This document shows, piece after piece, positions 23,867-36,987 of a stretch of DNA of 64,000 nucleotides. The position numbers and the translations under genes were made by a program. Source of the DNA: Trypethelium eluteriae (Eukaryota); contig JAVECL010000022.1 of NCBI GenBank assembly GCA_051942245.1, positions 1 to 64,000 on the forward strand, written 5' to 3'. Every line of letters begins with the position of its first letter. Position 1 is the stretch's first letter. The notes under the pieces were generated by a model. The model had not been told where the DNA came from. It made no database searches and saw only the letters and a list, made by a program, of their open reading frames with translations.

Positions 23867-26800
23867 CTACTGTCTGCTGTCGTTAGCTTGACCATCTCTT
23901 GAGTTGGTTCTCCCATTTCCTCTATCAAACTCGATCGACAGAGGTACCACAGCGGTTGTACTTTTCGCTCTTCTGCCAGTGATCTTCTTCAGATTTTTCT
24001 TCCCTCCCACCAGTATCGGCGGCGCTGGATGAATCTCACGTGGGCTTGGGTACAGAGATAAAGAGGCTTTCATTTGGGGACTCCCAGAGAGCACTTCAAC
24101 GACTGATTCGCTGAGTGAGCGGTCTAAGCGCTGGACGCTAGCATCTTCCGCCGCTTCAGCCGCAGTTGGGCTTCGGACTGGAGTCATGGTGGAAAATGCG
24201 GTTCTGGCCTGTGTATCTGTAGACCTTCGAGGTCGTGGGCTCCTGCTCGGTGGTGCGGTGGGTACTGAGGGAGTCAGGATCTGCTCGTATGCTTTCCCGG
24301 ATTTTGAACTATCGCTTGGAGGTGGGGTCATTGGTGTACGAGGGAGTTTCTTATTTGTGGCGGCAGGTGTTCTTGGACGAGGAGAGACAGAGGGAGACGC
24401 CGAAGGCGTGCGATTCGAGGCGGTATCGCGTGAGAGCGGAGGGGCTAGGGACACATTTGATGACGAATTTCCTCCAGCAGACGCAAGCGGCGGCAATGGG
24501 TCTTTTCGCGGTGGACGTCGTGCGTCGAGAACGGGCGAAAAGATGCCCAGACCAGTGGTTGTAGAAGTCTCCGGCCAATCCGGAAGTGTCTGAGTCTGAG
24601 AGGATGCTGAGATGGGTGCATTGGAACTCGTACGATGAGAGACGCTTGCCGAATCTGGATTTGGGCTGCTTTTCACAGATAGACCCTGAATTGTTTGGAT
24701 CTTTGCGTTCGCATGCTTAAGATCCTTTTTGTAGCCCTTGACATCAAGTTTGTAGAGCACGATATCATTGACGTGATAATCAATCTCCTTTTCTAGTTGC
24801 TCTATACGTCGGATCGGGTCTGTTTCAATTTTCCAATGGGGGGTACTCGGAGGAGCAAGGGAAGTGTGCGCCTTGTCTTGTACCTCCGCCAAAATTTTAT
24901 CCATATCCGCCTTTGTACACACAGCTGAATGGACTAACCGGAGTTGGTCAGAAGCCTTGCAGGCTTGTGCGCGTATCTCTGCTTGAAGAAGTGCCCTAAT
25001 GTTGTTGCGCTCAGCCTCCAAGGACTTGATGGACGCATCTCGTTGTTCGAGTGCCTGGTCCAATTGAGAGATCTTGTTCCTGGAAGTCGCCAAGTCCAGT
25101 TCATTTCCGTTGTTTGAGCTATCCCTGCGTCTGGACGGTACTGCTGATGCGGTAGGCTGTAGGCTTTGGGGTATATGTATGTTATCGATTTGGAAGCGGC
25201 ATTGACGAAGCTCTTGCTCTAGGCGCGTGATGTAGTGGTTTCGCTCGTTCTCTCCCTCTTCTAGGCGCTGAACGTGTTTGTTGAGCTCAACCAAGGCTGG
25301 CTCAGTATCTTGGTTGGTTCGAAATACCTGAAGCGCTTGTTCTAAGCGATCTGCACGCTCTTCTGCTTCCCGAAATCTATCGCGGAGCTCTTGTTCTGAC
25401 TCACTCCGTCGTTGACACACAGTTTGTAGTTCTTGTCTCATTGCCCGTTCGCGACGATGCAGATTGAGAGCCGCTTGGCGAAGCTCGTGGTTCTCCTCCA
25501 GTACGTCATTTTTCTGTGCATTTGCCATCTCTAAGCGGCCCTCGAGCGCCTCAGCTGTGTTGTCCGCAGCTTTCTTGATCGTTTGTGCTTTCATAAGTTT
25601 CCTCATCAGAACCTCGACGTGCTGCTGTTTTGACTTGACTGTTTCGCGAAGTATATGGATTTCCTTTTTATTGATGTCTGACTCAGCATCGCGTTTTTGG
25701 GCGAAGCTCAATTTTCTCTTGAGGCTTTCCATCTCGGTAGCCATTTCTTGTGAGGCTCTTTGGTGCTCTTCTAAAGCAGACTGGAAACTCAGCAAGCTAT
25801 TTGCAGAGTTCCCTTCGGCAACGGAGGGAGATAGCTGAGACGGGTAAAGCTTGGTTTCTAAGTGTAGCTTGCCTGGAGCATTGTTTAGCGACCATCGTAG
25901 ACAGAAAATACGCGCCTTTCTCGCAGACTTACTCCTCCCATCGGGTTCAGGGTGTTTCCTGGAAGATAGACCTTGTTGCTCTTCAAGACAACTTGCATAT
26001 ACCTTAAGTGCGCCAAGCTCTTTATCATGTGCCTGTCTTAAACTTGCGATATATGCATCATGAGATCTTTGCAAATTTCCTAATTGCGTGGTCAGGAAAG
26101 ATATTGATCGATCTCGATCCGCAATCGCTGCCTGGAGGTCAGTCTGTGGCTCGTGAGCTGAGACCTTCTCATGGACCTAATGGGAGCATCCAATTAGCGG
26201 ATGACTCATAGGTGAATATTTTCACTTAGAGATTGGAAAGCCACTCGCGCGTTTGAACGGGCTCAATGATTTCACTGACCTGAACATTTTCCTGCCTCAC
26301 AATGTCATTGGACAGACCGAACGAAGGCTGGCTGCTCATCCTACTATGCTGGTGCAGAGAACTCGAACCCAATTCATGGCATAGCCCAGTGTCGTTGGCT
26401 ATTAGTGATCGACGACCGAAATTACTGCTTGGATCGTCGGAAAAATTCCTTCGAATCAGGGGGATGGGCGTATTGGAGTCCTGCTTGCTGCGATGTTTCG
26501 CGACTGCATTGTTCTCGCTTGCACTTCTTCTGTGCTTGGATACGTTCCCGCTTTGACGAAGACTCGTGTTGAGTTTTTCGACGTCGAATCCGAGATTCAG
26601 TCCCGGTGGTGTCTTTTCTGGTCCAAGCCTCGCTCTGCCCTCCGACGTACGGTGATTGATGGGGTAACCCTGGTTCTCTTGCAACAATGATCCAGGGAGC
26701 TCGGCAATGTGACTGGTTTCACCTGGTGTTGATGGCGCAGTGTGAGATCGTGGTCTACCACTTGGAAGAGATGGGTAGATGGGCGACCGGGGGAGAGCAG

Positions 26801-27293
26801 CGGCTGATAATGGGGGAGACCAAAGAATGTCATTTACGACAGCCAGTAAGTTCGTTGCTGAGCTGACGGCTGCATCTTGTAGAGCAAACGAGCCAGGTGA
26901 CAATGCTATTAGTGACTTGGGATTCTCGGCAGGGGCGAGAGTAAGAGGGTTCGGCTTGCGGCCTTGCTTTGGTGACTTCTATGACAAGTTGTCGTCAGTG
27001 TAAACACGGGCAGTAGTGTTCTTCATAGAGGTCTCTGAGGTCCAATGCTCGAAGCAGCGACAAGTCTATAAAATCAAATTCATAGAGCGCTTGTCTACCG
27101 TTGAATCCAGCAAAATACTGCTGCGAAGATCTCTTTATCTTACCATTCTGTGAAGATAGCTTTTACCTGGCGACCCGCGCGATACAGGTTCGTGCAACGC
27201 GTCCTCGGACGCTGGTGAAAGCCCACTAGTCCGAAGGAACTCAGCAGCATTACGTCGTTCACCCTTGGTCCAAGTGAAAAACTTGGAGGCCAT
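23867..27293 (-). CDS. large coiled-coil protein of unknown function with S/P-rich disordered termini (multi-exon; 5' end inferred)
   Basis: 735-aa and 225-aa ORFs in tandem; heptad-rich core; conserved-looking LEKEIDYHVNDIVLYKLDVKGYKKDLK; upstream exon MASKFFTWTKGERR.. from 27293 ends at a GTAAAA donor. Confidence 0.7.
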
Positions 27294-28138
27294 AATGGCA
27301 AATGCTCATGACGCGAGAAAGGTTATGGCATTGAAAAAAAAACCAAAAAAAAAAAAGACGGCACGAAGAGAAGAAAGAATTGGATCTGAAAAAGAGCGAC
27401 AAAGGCGGAAAATACTAGACCTACAAGTAAAGAGATTAGAAAGTTTGAGACACATGCTAGAGTCTGTGCCGCCGAAGCGCTATGTACACTGAGTGGCAAC
27501 GCGATCGTGCTTGCTCCTGCTGCGGGTAGGCGCGTAGCAGATCAGAAGGGAAGCCAAAAAGCTAGACATGACGCGCAGCAGGCAATAATCTGCAGGATGG
27601 TCGCAGATAGGCTCAGGCAGGAGAATCTCATGGCTCTCGCAGGGCTTGTCAGAAGAAGGGCAGATGCGGCTGAAATGACTGGATCTCGATCATACATAAC
27701 CGCTGTCTGAGCTTTCACTGGAGCTGTCCAAAGCTCCGAGAGATTCTAGCAGCAACGTGAAAGGCCAGTGTCAGATGCGCAATAGCCGCTGGCCGCGGCG
27801 GTCGCGTCTTTCAAATTTCACGAATAGGGTCAATTGCCTGAATGACGCGTAAATCCGCGCTCAAACCTGCATCGGTTGGAAAATCGACAATTCACGCATT
27901 CGGGACGTCGGAGAAGAGGAAGGACAGTAGAGCTGAAATCCCCCTTTTCTCACGCACGCGGTATTTTGTGAGGTAGGCATTGTTAGAGATGTATTGGTCG
28001 TGCGTTGCGGGGCGGGCGGTCAGCTCTTCCTGCCGCCAGTGCCACCCTGTGCCTGCCAAGACGTAACGGGCAAGATCCTGCTGTCAGCCAAAACTTCAGC
28101 CACTGGTTCATTGCCGCCGTTGCGTACCTGCTTAGGCC

Positions 28139-29299
28139 ATGCATTCGGAAAACGACCGTGAGCAACGCCACAAAAAGCGCAAGCGACATGACCGTGCCGA
28201 TTCGAACATCGCAAAGCGGACAAATCAGCGCACGTCGCTGAGCTCAGACGACGACAGAACTCCAGGACGACGCAGTGCAAGGCGGCGGAGGTCGTCAAGC
28301 ATCGGAGAAAATCATCGGATGACGGATTCATACCGCCAAGAGCGTCAGCGGAGTCTTCGAAGCCGGTCACCATACCAGGATGATACCCGGCACAGGAGGC
28401 GAAGGTCATTAAGCTCTGAGCACGAATATCGAAGGCGTTCAGACAGGAAGGATACGAGCTGGGAGAATGATGGAAGACCCAGGCGCCGGAGACCTGCAGA
28501 TGATTCAGATGGAGAGATGACATACAGGCGAGCAAAACGCCGCAACTCCAACAGTCCAGAGAGGTCCAGGGATAGAGACAGGCGCAGAGACCGCAGCAGA
28601 GACCGAGGTCCCGACCGAGAGAAGCGTCAACCTCATCGCTCTAGAAGTCCTCATCGCGAACGGCAAGAGCGACCACCGAGACGCAGATACCGGGAAACAT
28701 CGCGCAGCGCCTCTCCACCGCGTCGCTCACGCCAAGCCCTACCATCCCAAAATGATTCGTTCAACGCTCTCACGCGCACCGGCTTGACGCCTCCCCCAAA
28801 TGATAAACCGATCGTTAAGGAGAAACCCAACTATAACAATACCGGTCTGCTTGCACGTGAGACGAATCTTGTTGCTGGGACAGATATCGTCCTCAAATAC
28901 AACGAACCGCCTGAAGCTCGCAAGCCGCCTGCATCACAGGCCTGGCGCATGTTCGTGTTCAAAGGCTCGGACGTTCTTGAGACTCTTGAGCTAGGTGGGA
29001 AGAGTGTGTGGTTACTGGGCCGAGAGGACAAGGTCGTCGACGTGCTGACTGCGCATCCGAGCTGTAGTGGGCAGCACGCGGTAGTTCAGTTCCGACATAC
29101 GACGAAGACAGGCAAGAATGGAGAGCCGAGACCGGGGGTCAGGCCGTATTTGTTAGACTTGGAGAGCGCGAATGGTACAGTGCTGAATGGGCAAAAGGTG
29201 GAGAGCAGGAGATATGTAGAATTGAGGAGTGGCGATTTGGTCAAATTCGGGAGCAGTGAGAGGGAGTATGTCATCATGCTGCCACCAAAAGAAAGCTAA
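28139..29299 (+). CDS. PML1: FHA-domain RES-complex splicing factor Pml1/SNIP1
   Basis: RS/RD-rich N-terminus; KPNYNNTGLLARETN, LKYNEPPEARKP, WRMFVFKG, LLGRE..HPSCSGQHAVVQFR, YLLDLESANGT, KFGSSEREY. Confidence 0.92.
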   Translation: MHSENDREQRHKKRKRHDRADSNIAKRTNQRTSLSSDDDRTPGRRSARRRRSSSIGENHRMTDSYRQERQRSLRSRSPYQDDTRHRRRRSLSSEHEYRRRSDRKDTSWENDGRPRRRRPADDSDGEMTYRRAKRRNSNSPERSRDRDRRRDRSRDRGPDREKRQPHRSRSPHRERQERPPRRRYRETSRSASPPRRSRQALPSQNDSFNALTRTGLTPPPNDKPIVKEKPNYNNTGLLARETNLVAGTDIVLKYNEPPEARKPPASQAWRMFVFKGSDVLETLELGGKSVWLLGREDKVVDVLTAHPSCSGQHAVVQFRHTTKTGKNGEPRPGVRPYLLDLESANGTVLNGQKVESRRYVELRSGDLVKFGSSEREYVIMLPPKES

Positions 29300-29933
29300 A
29301 GGGAATGTGTAAGAAAAGGATGTAATGTTCGTGCCCATCTTCGCCTGGGAGGTACTTAGATATTACCGGAACATGCGGAAATTGAACCAGAAAGCGTCCG
29401 TTTAATGAGGTCGCGCTAGATATACGATGCAAGGGACTTCTAAGAGTACCCAGGAGTCCTAAACATTTCAATATATATTGTACGCTGAATTAGACATATC
29501 TTGCCCCAGGCTCTATATGCCTGGTTTCTCTTGGTCGATCCACACGCCAATGCAGGCTGTCATGAAGGGTGTCTGTAATTTTTACGTCACAAATATTGCC
29601 CACCAATGTCGTATGAAAGTTTGTATAGACTGCAACGCCAGCAGCTAAGTGCGTGGAGTTCCTGAGCCACCACACAACCGCAAATGCTCGTATGGTCTGT
29701 CTCCACTCCATAGTCTTAGTTGTGACTGCTTTCCAGAGTTCTTTCCGACATCGATATGCTAGCCTGCGTCTAGACTATAGCATTCCCTTTCTTCTACCTT
29801 CAGTGTATCTTAAAGTTCCCAAGACCCCATTCGAATGGTTTTTTTCCTGGTCAAGACCGCCAGTGTCCAACTTCCAACGCCTCGCTAATGCTCAAGGTAG
29901 AAAATCAATATCATACACATGATCGACATATAA

Positions 29934-30279
29934 TCAACGTTTCCGGCCATTTCCTCTTATTTGTTCCCGCAATTCATCCTTGAAATGCTCGAGGAAGCCT
30001 GGTCCATTATCAACGTTTGTGCCTCCCATCTCTTCTGGTGGAGTTCCATGACGAAAGCGGTGGAGTCGTTTCTGCAGGCCTTGAACAGCTCTATGAAAAC
30101 TAGGGCTTGCTAATAGCTAGGAATGGCATTCGTCAATATGTGCCCAAGGAGCATTCTCGGTGAATGCGACTTACCCGAGCCGTTAGATAGGCCTGTGAAC
30201 AATTAGCTTTGTATTTCCATGGAGGGGCGCGGGTGAATGTAAAATGTACTTCGGCCATTTGAAGCCATGGAAGCCGCAT
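29934..30279 (-). CDS. small 76-aa protein, MRX7 (MIOREX component 7)-like; 3 exons incl. 18-nt microexon
   Basis: Exons 30279-30250, 30192-30175, 30116-29934 joined by GT-AG introns give MRLPWLQMAE-AYLTAR-LLASPSFHRAVQGLQKRLHRFRHGTPPEEMGGTNVDNGPGFLEHFKDELREQIRGNGRKR*; LLxSPxFHR recalls yeast Mrx7. Confidence 0.85.
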
Positions 30280-31199
30280 GATTGCTACTTCCTTTCAGGC
30301 GAACCGGAAATGCTAAATCCCAATAGGACCAAGGGATAGATGGGACGAACGTGTTGGCTGGAAGCAGGTTTGCCAGAGGTGTCGGCACAAGGGTTTTTGG
30401 AGCGAACCCCGATGTTTCACGCCTGGGACAGTAATGGATGATGCATGGACCTCGACTAGGGGCCAAAATGCACAACCCAGACAATGCTATTTATGGCTTT
30501 TCAGAGCACTGCGACGATGATGCCTTCAAACGTACCGTGACTGGCACTTTGACATTATTTTACACACCCTCCCATATCTTATTAGTATCCAGATTTAAAC
30601 TATGTGCTACGGAGTAACTCCGTACGGAGTCTAAGATCTCAGATCCATCGGCATACGCCATCTTTACCCCCACCACTTATCAGGTCAGGTATCGAGTAGG
30701 AACCCCTCCTAGTTGCACCTCCACGTCGCGCCACTTTGCTGGAAATCGCTTACTCGACTGACAGCTGCCTTCGCTTCGACTTGTAATAATTACGCAGCAG
30801 GTCCAACCTATCCAAGACCGCAGTCATTCACACCCGTACAAAGTGTCACCTTACTCGCGTGCCCCTCTTGTACTTGAAACGTGCAAAACAACTGTCCTCG
30901 AGCACCCACACTATATCGACTAAATTCTTGTTGTTGCGCCAAACCTTGCACAATAAGCATTCAGAACTTCGATATAGTCTGACATTTCCCAAAAGCGAAA
31001 GCTGTGAAACATCGTGGCTGCTACTATACTTTGCTGGCAAAGAGGAGGCAGATTCGCAAGAGGAACATTGCTTTTTCCTTTCCGGCACTACACCTTTCCC
31101 GTGCTCGCTCTTCGAAATCAGGTTCAGGACGCATTGCCCAGTGTGCATCACATCCGCGCCTTACGGCGCAAGGCCGCGAGCCGGCAACTAGCAGATGAC

Positions 31200-32540
31200 A
31201 TGACTACAAGATCGATATCGAGAACAGCTAGCCCAGGCTCGAAGCGGTCCCGGTCAGGCTCTCCTATGAGTCGAGATTCTGCAGATACATTACCTGTAGC
31301 ACCAACATCTGCGACAGAATCCGCTCAAGAGGAAGCGCGACTGCCCCCATCGCCGCCCTCATTCCTGCGGCAAACAAAAGCAGGCAGGTTGTCATGAGAC
31401 CCCAGGGGGCTAGCACGGGGTACGGCCATGAGGCTAACGGGCGACAGAAATCCATACCACCTTTGTCGATCTAGAATGGCGACAACGCCATCGACTTGCG
31501 CAGGCATCGCAGACGACAGACCCACCGTCAGAGTGGACAAGGCTGACTGGTGAAGACGTTCTGCAACGGAACCGGTATCTTAATGTCGATCCTTACGCGA
31601 ACCGCCGTATACATCTCAGAGTTCCCGAGGGGCATAGCGATTATATCAATGCTTCTCCGATTCTTCTGCAGAATAATAGCACTGGTCGTATGAGTCACTA
31701 TATTGCCACGCAAGTATGGTCAATGGCCGTTTCTGTTTGCAAGCTAAACTGATACGTCGTTATTCATAGGGTCCGAAAGAAGCGTCTTCTAGCCATATAT
31801 GGCGAATGATATGGCATGAAACAGGTCCTGTAGCCGTAATCGTAATGTTGACCCAGACCTACGAAGCGGGAAAGGAAAAATGCTTTCAATATTTTCCGTC
31901 GGATCTCAAAAACCCTACAATACCCATCAACGAAGACGACGAGTTCGGTGATGGATTTATCGGTTCTATCAACCTGCTAGATATTACGGAAGATCCAAGG
32001 ACGAGATCCACGATAAGGAAGATGAAACTAGTCGTAGGCAAGGAAAGTAAGACCGTGTGGCATTTGCTTTTCAGTGGATGGCCCGACTTTCTTATACCAG
32101 AGGGGGAAGATCGGGCCGCGCTGCTAGAGCTGATCAAAGCGTCCGCTGCGCTGAACAATGGTGATGACAACGTCACAGATGCGCTGAGTCGACCTCGAGC
32201 AGATACCGAATCCAATGCTAACCCTCGCATTGTGCACTGCTCTGCCGGTGTCGGGCGCTCAGGCACGTTCATTGCGCTTGATCATCTCACAAACGACCTT
32301 GCGCTGGGTGTGCTGGATGATATCCCTGACGAACAAGACGTGATAGCGGACACGGTAGACGAATTGCGGAAGCAGAGGATGATGATGGTTCAAGGAGAAG
32401 CTCAGTTTCATTTCCTGTATGAAGTTTTGAGAGGGCAGTGGGCCGAGCGACATGGTCCGATTAATTCCTTAACTGGGGATGAAGCCACTGAGCAAGAAGC
32501 CAGACAGGAGCCGGAGCTTAAGGTGCCAAGGGTAGGGTGA
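31200..32540 (+). CDS. protein-tyrosine phosphatase (classical PTP, Ptp1-like)
   Basis: RNRYLNVDPY, DYINASPI, YIATQ|GP, WRMIWHE, KCFQYFP, WPDF loop, VHCSAGVGRSG active site, LRKQRMMMVQ; 2 introns. Confidence 0.93.
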
Positions 32541-35500
32541 GCTCAGGCGTGACCGATACTGAAATCTTGAATACCACTCCATCATATAGAATTCTTACAG
32601 GGGCGGGAACCTCTTTGATTTCGCAGTCACCATTTGTTTGAGCCCAGCAGTGGACTGCTGTTCGACTTATTTTGCAGATCTTATAATGCAGATTTAGAAC
32701 TCAAGAGTTTGTCCCAAGCTCCCCAGAGTGCGTACCTCGTCCCCCATCGTAATTATCTCATAGCAAAATTTATCGTCCAACCGGCGTTATGGGCATCGGA
32801 AGATCTGCATCCTGGCCTCTAGAATAGTAATGCAAGGGAACATACTGTACGGAGGCTCTATCGGGTCCTGTGTAAGTTTGGTTGGACATCACCGGGCGGA
32901 CACTCATATTGTCGAAGAATCATGGGCATCGTCGAAAATGTTCGCTTTAGGTCCGGAGGGTTGTAAGTATTCGTTGCGGTGTCCCCGAAGTCTTGCGAAC
33001 ATGCAGCGTTCATATACATGTCCCTAGAAGCTATACTGACATGTTATAAGTAGGGAAGTGTACGAGTATGATCACTGGCGTGGAGATGAAGTTGAGCATG
33101 TCAGCCGAAGTCAGAAAAGTTGGTGTCAGGCGAAGAAGGGCCATGACGAGCATGACGTCGATTGTGCATACAATGCATGCCCGAGTTTGGAGAAGGGTAG
33201 TGCGCTTCGGCCCGTATCCACAGCGTCGGGTACACTGCTTACGTTAGCACCCCTGATTGCCCAAAGTAGGTGGAAATCCCCTGAAACTCGCTGGAGTATA
33301 GCTAACCCCCAACTTCATCTATTGCCTGTCCAGATAGAAGCTACACTACTAGTGGATAGGACCGAGTTGAGTTAACATTCAAAAGACAAATTTGCGATAG
33401 CGAGAGGCGCATGGGATGAGAGTTATTCGAATTGCGCCTATCCCTAACTAGCATGGTGTAAGGTACATCGGTAGTCGAACGTCTTGATCTCTCACCCGGG
33501 GAAGTCTATCAAAAATTGACAAGTCTCCACATGTTGCACACAAAGGGTTAGAGAAGTGAAGCCAAATACAGTGTCAAGATCGGCTGTTCAATGGGCTCTG
33601 CGTCTCTCATCGCATGCCAGTATAATTTCTTTCCTAGTCACAAGACCGAAGACTCATTTCCCCAGTTGAGCTTGATTTCTTCCAATTTCTCGAAAACCGA
33701 GGCGAAATGTATTGGGTCTCCATTTCAGAACAAGAGCTTGATCGCTGACAGGACTTGTCAGTACGGCAAAAGTTATAACGGATCGTACTCCCTACGTGCT
33801 GTCAAATTAAAAGTACGTTACAATCGTTCAATTCTCTGTTTCCTTGAACCCCGTTCCTCACGGCCTAATTTACCCACAGCAGCATCAGACAGTGCTTAAA
33901 AGGTCTCTCCGTTTCCAGTCATCATGATCCAATTGTACATGCCATGCAGGGAATTCAATATCCAGAGTTCGATAGATAATCATCGATCTCTTCTGTTCAG
34001 TGGCTTTTCCCGGATCTTCGAAGATTCTTATTTTCGACCCCCGAAAGTCTTTCTTTCGTAGGGAACGGGACGAAGGCCTTTTGAAACATGGATACGGTGC
34101 CAGAAAGAAGATCCACATACTATGACGGACTAGCAACACCAATTTTCCCACGATTATGCAGAGATTCCTCTGCCTCAAACGTTCACATGCAGTCAAGAGG
34201 TCGAAGCAGTGTGAGTCCACGCTTGTCGAAGGCAGACGCACGAGTCAAGAATGCCATTTGTCTCCACATTGCCAAAGCACAAGCCGAGATGCGTTCTCGT
34301 GGTCCATCTTCGTCACTCAAAAAGGTTCCTTGAAGACAAATTCAGTTCACTCTCATCATGACTTATACCAAGGTCGAAGCTCTGAGTTTCGAATGTCCGC
34401 AGGTCAGAGATGTTGGAGGCAAGAGCCCGGCATGAGGTTACCAGCGAGACTGCACACCTGGCACATAACAACTTCGAGGGTCCTATTCAATGCCACGTTC
34501 CTCTGGGAATGACTCACAGAAATCTAGACAATGTCGACAAAATGTGATCGACGATAATGACTAAATTGGCATGTGACTTGCTTAAGAATACCTGTTTCGG
34601 AATATTGGTCAACTGAAGTCTGAACGGCTCGGGTAATAGCGCGCCAAGTGCGCCAATTCTAAATTGTTCTACTTCTAATCAACATCGAAGATCGAATGAC
34701 AATGTATGCATTGGCATTGACTATTTTGCAAACAGTCAATTGCATGAGCGTCATTCGTTGAAATTATTTTCGGTCACATATTTCTCGAGCATTCTGCTCG
34801 CCCACCGGCTTGGGTACGCCTCGCAGCAGGGCAATAGGGATGTTAAGAGATTTATCTCTCTTTAGTTGCCAAATGAATGCCATCGTGCCACCCAAAGGAC
34901 TGTCGGAATGGAAACTTTCTTGGGCTGAATTGTGACCGTAGAGAAACGTCTACAATTCTCATATCTGCGAAAATCTTCGCTACACTCAATATGGAAGGAA
35001 AATGGGCTCGTAGGTAGACTAAGCATTGTGTAGTAGAAAACTGAAGACCGGGCGGCTGGACTGACTAGGCAACTTGGCTAGACGTAAGAGGGCAATGGGG
35101 TTCGAACGTATCCAGGCCAGCCAATTATCTAAGATTGGCCTCAGAAACTTTGACTTAAAAAAATAAGATTGACCTTTATCCTCGCAATTTTCTGGATTTA
35201 ACTTCGCCATTGCTTACGACATTAGAAGTTTCTCACCTGGCCAGCTTGGGGAGATCGTAACGTGGCTGGGAGTCCGCTTGTGCGGTTGGGTGGACAGACA
35301 CCTCTGAATACCATGGCTCCGTGGTATGTAAGGGTCTGATTGGCAATCGCGGCTGGCGAATTCGCTTCGGGCCGAATGATCCTGCATGGACTTCGCATCC
35401 CCTGTCGTCAGCTTTGTCCATTATAGGATAAATCACAGGTCCTTCCGTCTTGGCAATGTCATTCCCATATTAGTAACAATGTCAATGATCAATAATCCTC

Positions 35501-36987
35501 GGGACTCAATTTGTGGAGAACATTCCCGTACTAGACAGAAGAGGGAGCGGCGCCGGGTACGGAGTACTCCACGTGTCTCCACAGTCATGACCGACAGACA
35601 CGGAGACTTTGGTGGCTCCAGAGCAACCCTCATAGCTCGTCTAATCCAAATAACTACCAGGTTGTGCTCCTAAAGCTTGAGTACTAGCGAGGTCAAGGAA
35701 TACTTTTGCAAGGTAGAGAGTCCTTCCGATGTACCTGTCAGTCGATGGCCGTGTTTACAGGATTCAGGGACAGATCCACCAACTTTTCGGCCGAGGTAAG
35801 AGAGCTGCAATAAGACCATCAATAATCGTCATCCAGTCGTAGGCAGCAACAAAAATCTTCTGTGCGGAGTATGGTTGCGCATAAGTACCCGGTGGCTACG
35901 AATGGAAAAGCCGCGGAATGCGGACGAACATCGGACCCGAGAAGAAGAAGCAAGAAAGCGAACTGCGAAATTGCAACGACTTGCAGCGCGCAAAACCCGC
36001 TTAAGTCAGAAAGCAATGCACCTGACAAAATGCAGGCTATTCTAAGCTGCAGAAGCCCACATTCTCCATCCTAACGGCCCTGTCGCATGTTTTTGATTCG
36101 GAGACGGAAAGAGACCCAAACTTCAGAGCAAGAGTGGGTAAGCAGGTGAAGTACCTATTGAGTCACTGACTGGTGGAATGACGTTATGTGACTGCCTACC
36201 TGGTTACTCGGTATTGAGCAGACAAATCACTGCAGCTGCCAGAGAAGAATATCCTACCGATCGCAAGATACGCCTGACAAACTCTGCCCTCTTCGAAACC
36301 CTAAGGTATTATTGATCGACAACGGAAAATGCGGCCGCAAGAAATTTCCTTAACGCGCCGCAGTGGCTCTAAGACTCTTAGGGAGTGTACCTACTGTGCG
36401 CGCGCTTCGGGCTCGGAGATGCGCTCAAGCCGACAGGATATTATGCTAAACAGTGACTTGCACAATGCCCTCCTCTCACTTGGTCGATTATGAGGCATTT
36501 ATTACGATAATCCTGGATATTCGGCGTTTAAGATCATCGAGATTTGCTAGCTGAGTTTTCTTCGCAGGGGACGTTTCTGTTGGTTCATGGACATGTCAAG
36601 GGTCTTAAAAGGAATGAGGGGCGTGCAGGCCCTGTCACCGAATTTTTCTTGTGGGACATACGAGTATGGTATTTGTGGGGGTTGGTTACCAGTGGTGTGG
36701 ACGACCTTGGCCATGAATCGTGAGATGAAGTCAGGAGATGAGTCGAGCTTTCTTTCCATTCGAAAAACGGCACGATTCCCACATTTTGGATGAGTAGATG
36801 GCTTCTAGGATTTTCCTCATGCATGATGAAATATCTGATGTGCCATGGTATTTGAACAAGGCCGGACTAGTCAGATGTATCTATACATGAGCTTTTCAAA
36901 AGCAGTCTATGCCTGATCCGGGTTTGCCGCTGTACGGTATGAAAAGGTCACGCGGGCAGTCAATGATGCAAGCCCTCGAGTCGCTCT

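Noticed and set aside
27333..27356. Poly(A) tract as retroelement tail
   Set aside because: It is a T-rich tract just upstream of the minus-strand coiled-coil gene start; no TSD or RT remnant
32600..36900. 4.3-kb region with several short ORFs (possible gene relic or lncRNA)
   Set aside because: Could not assemble a coherent gene or TE signature by eye; a hidden or degenerate gene cannot be excluded
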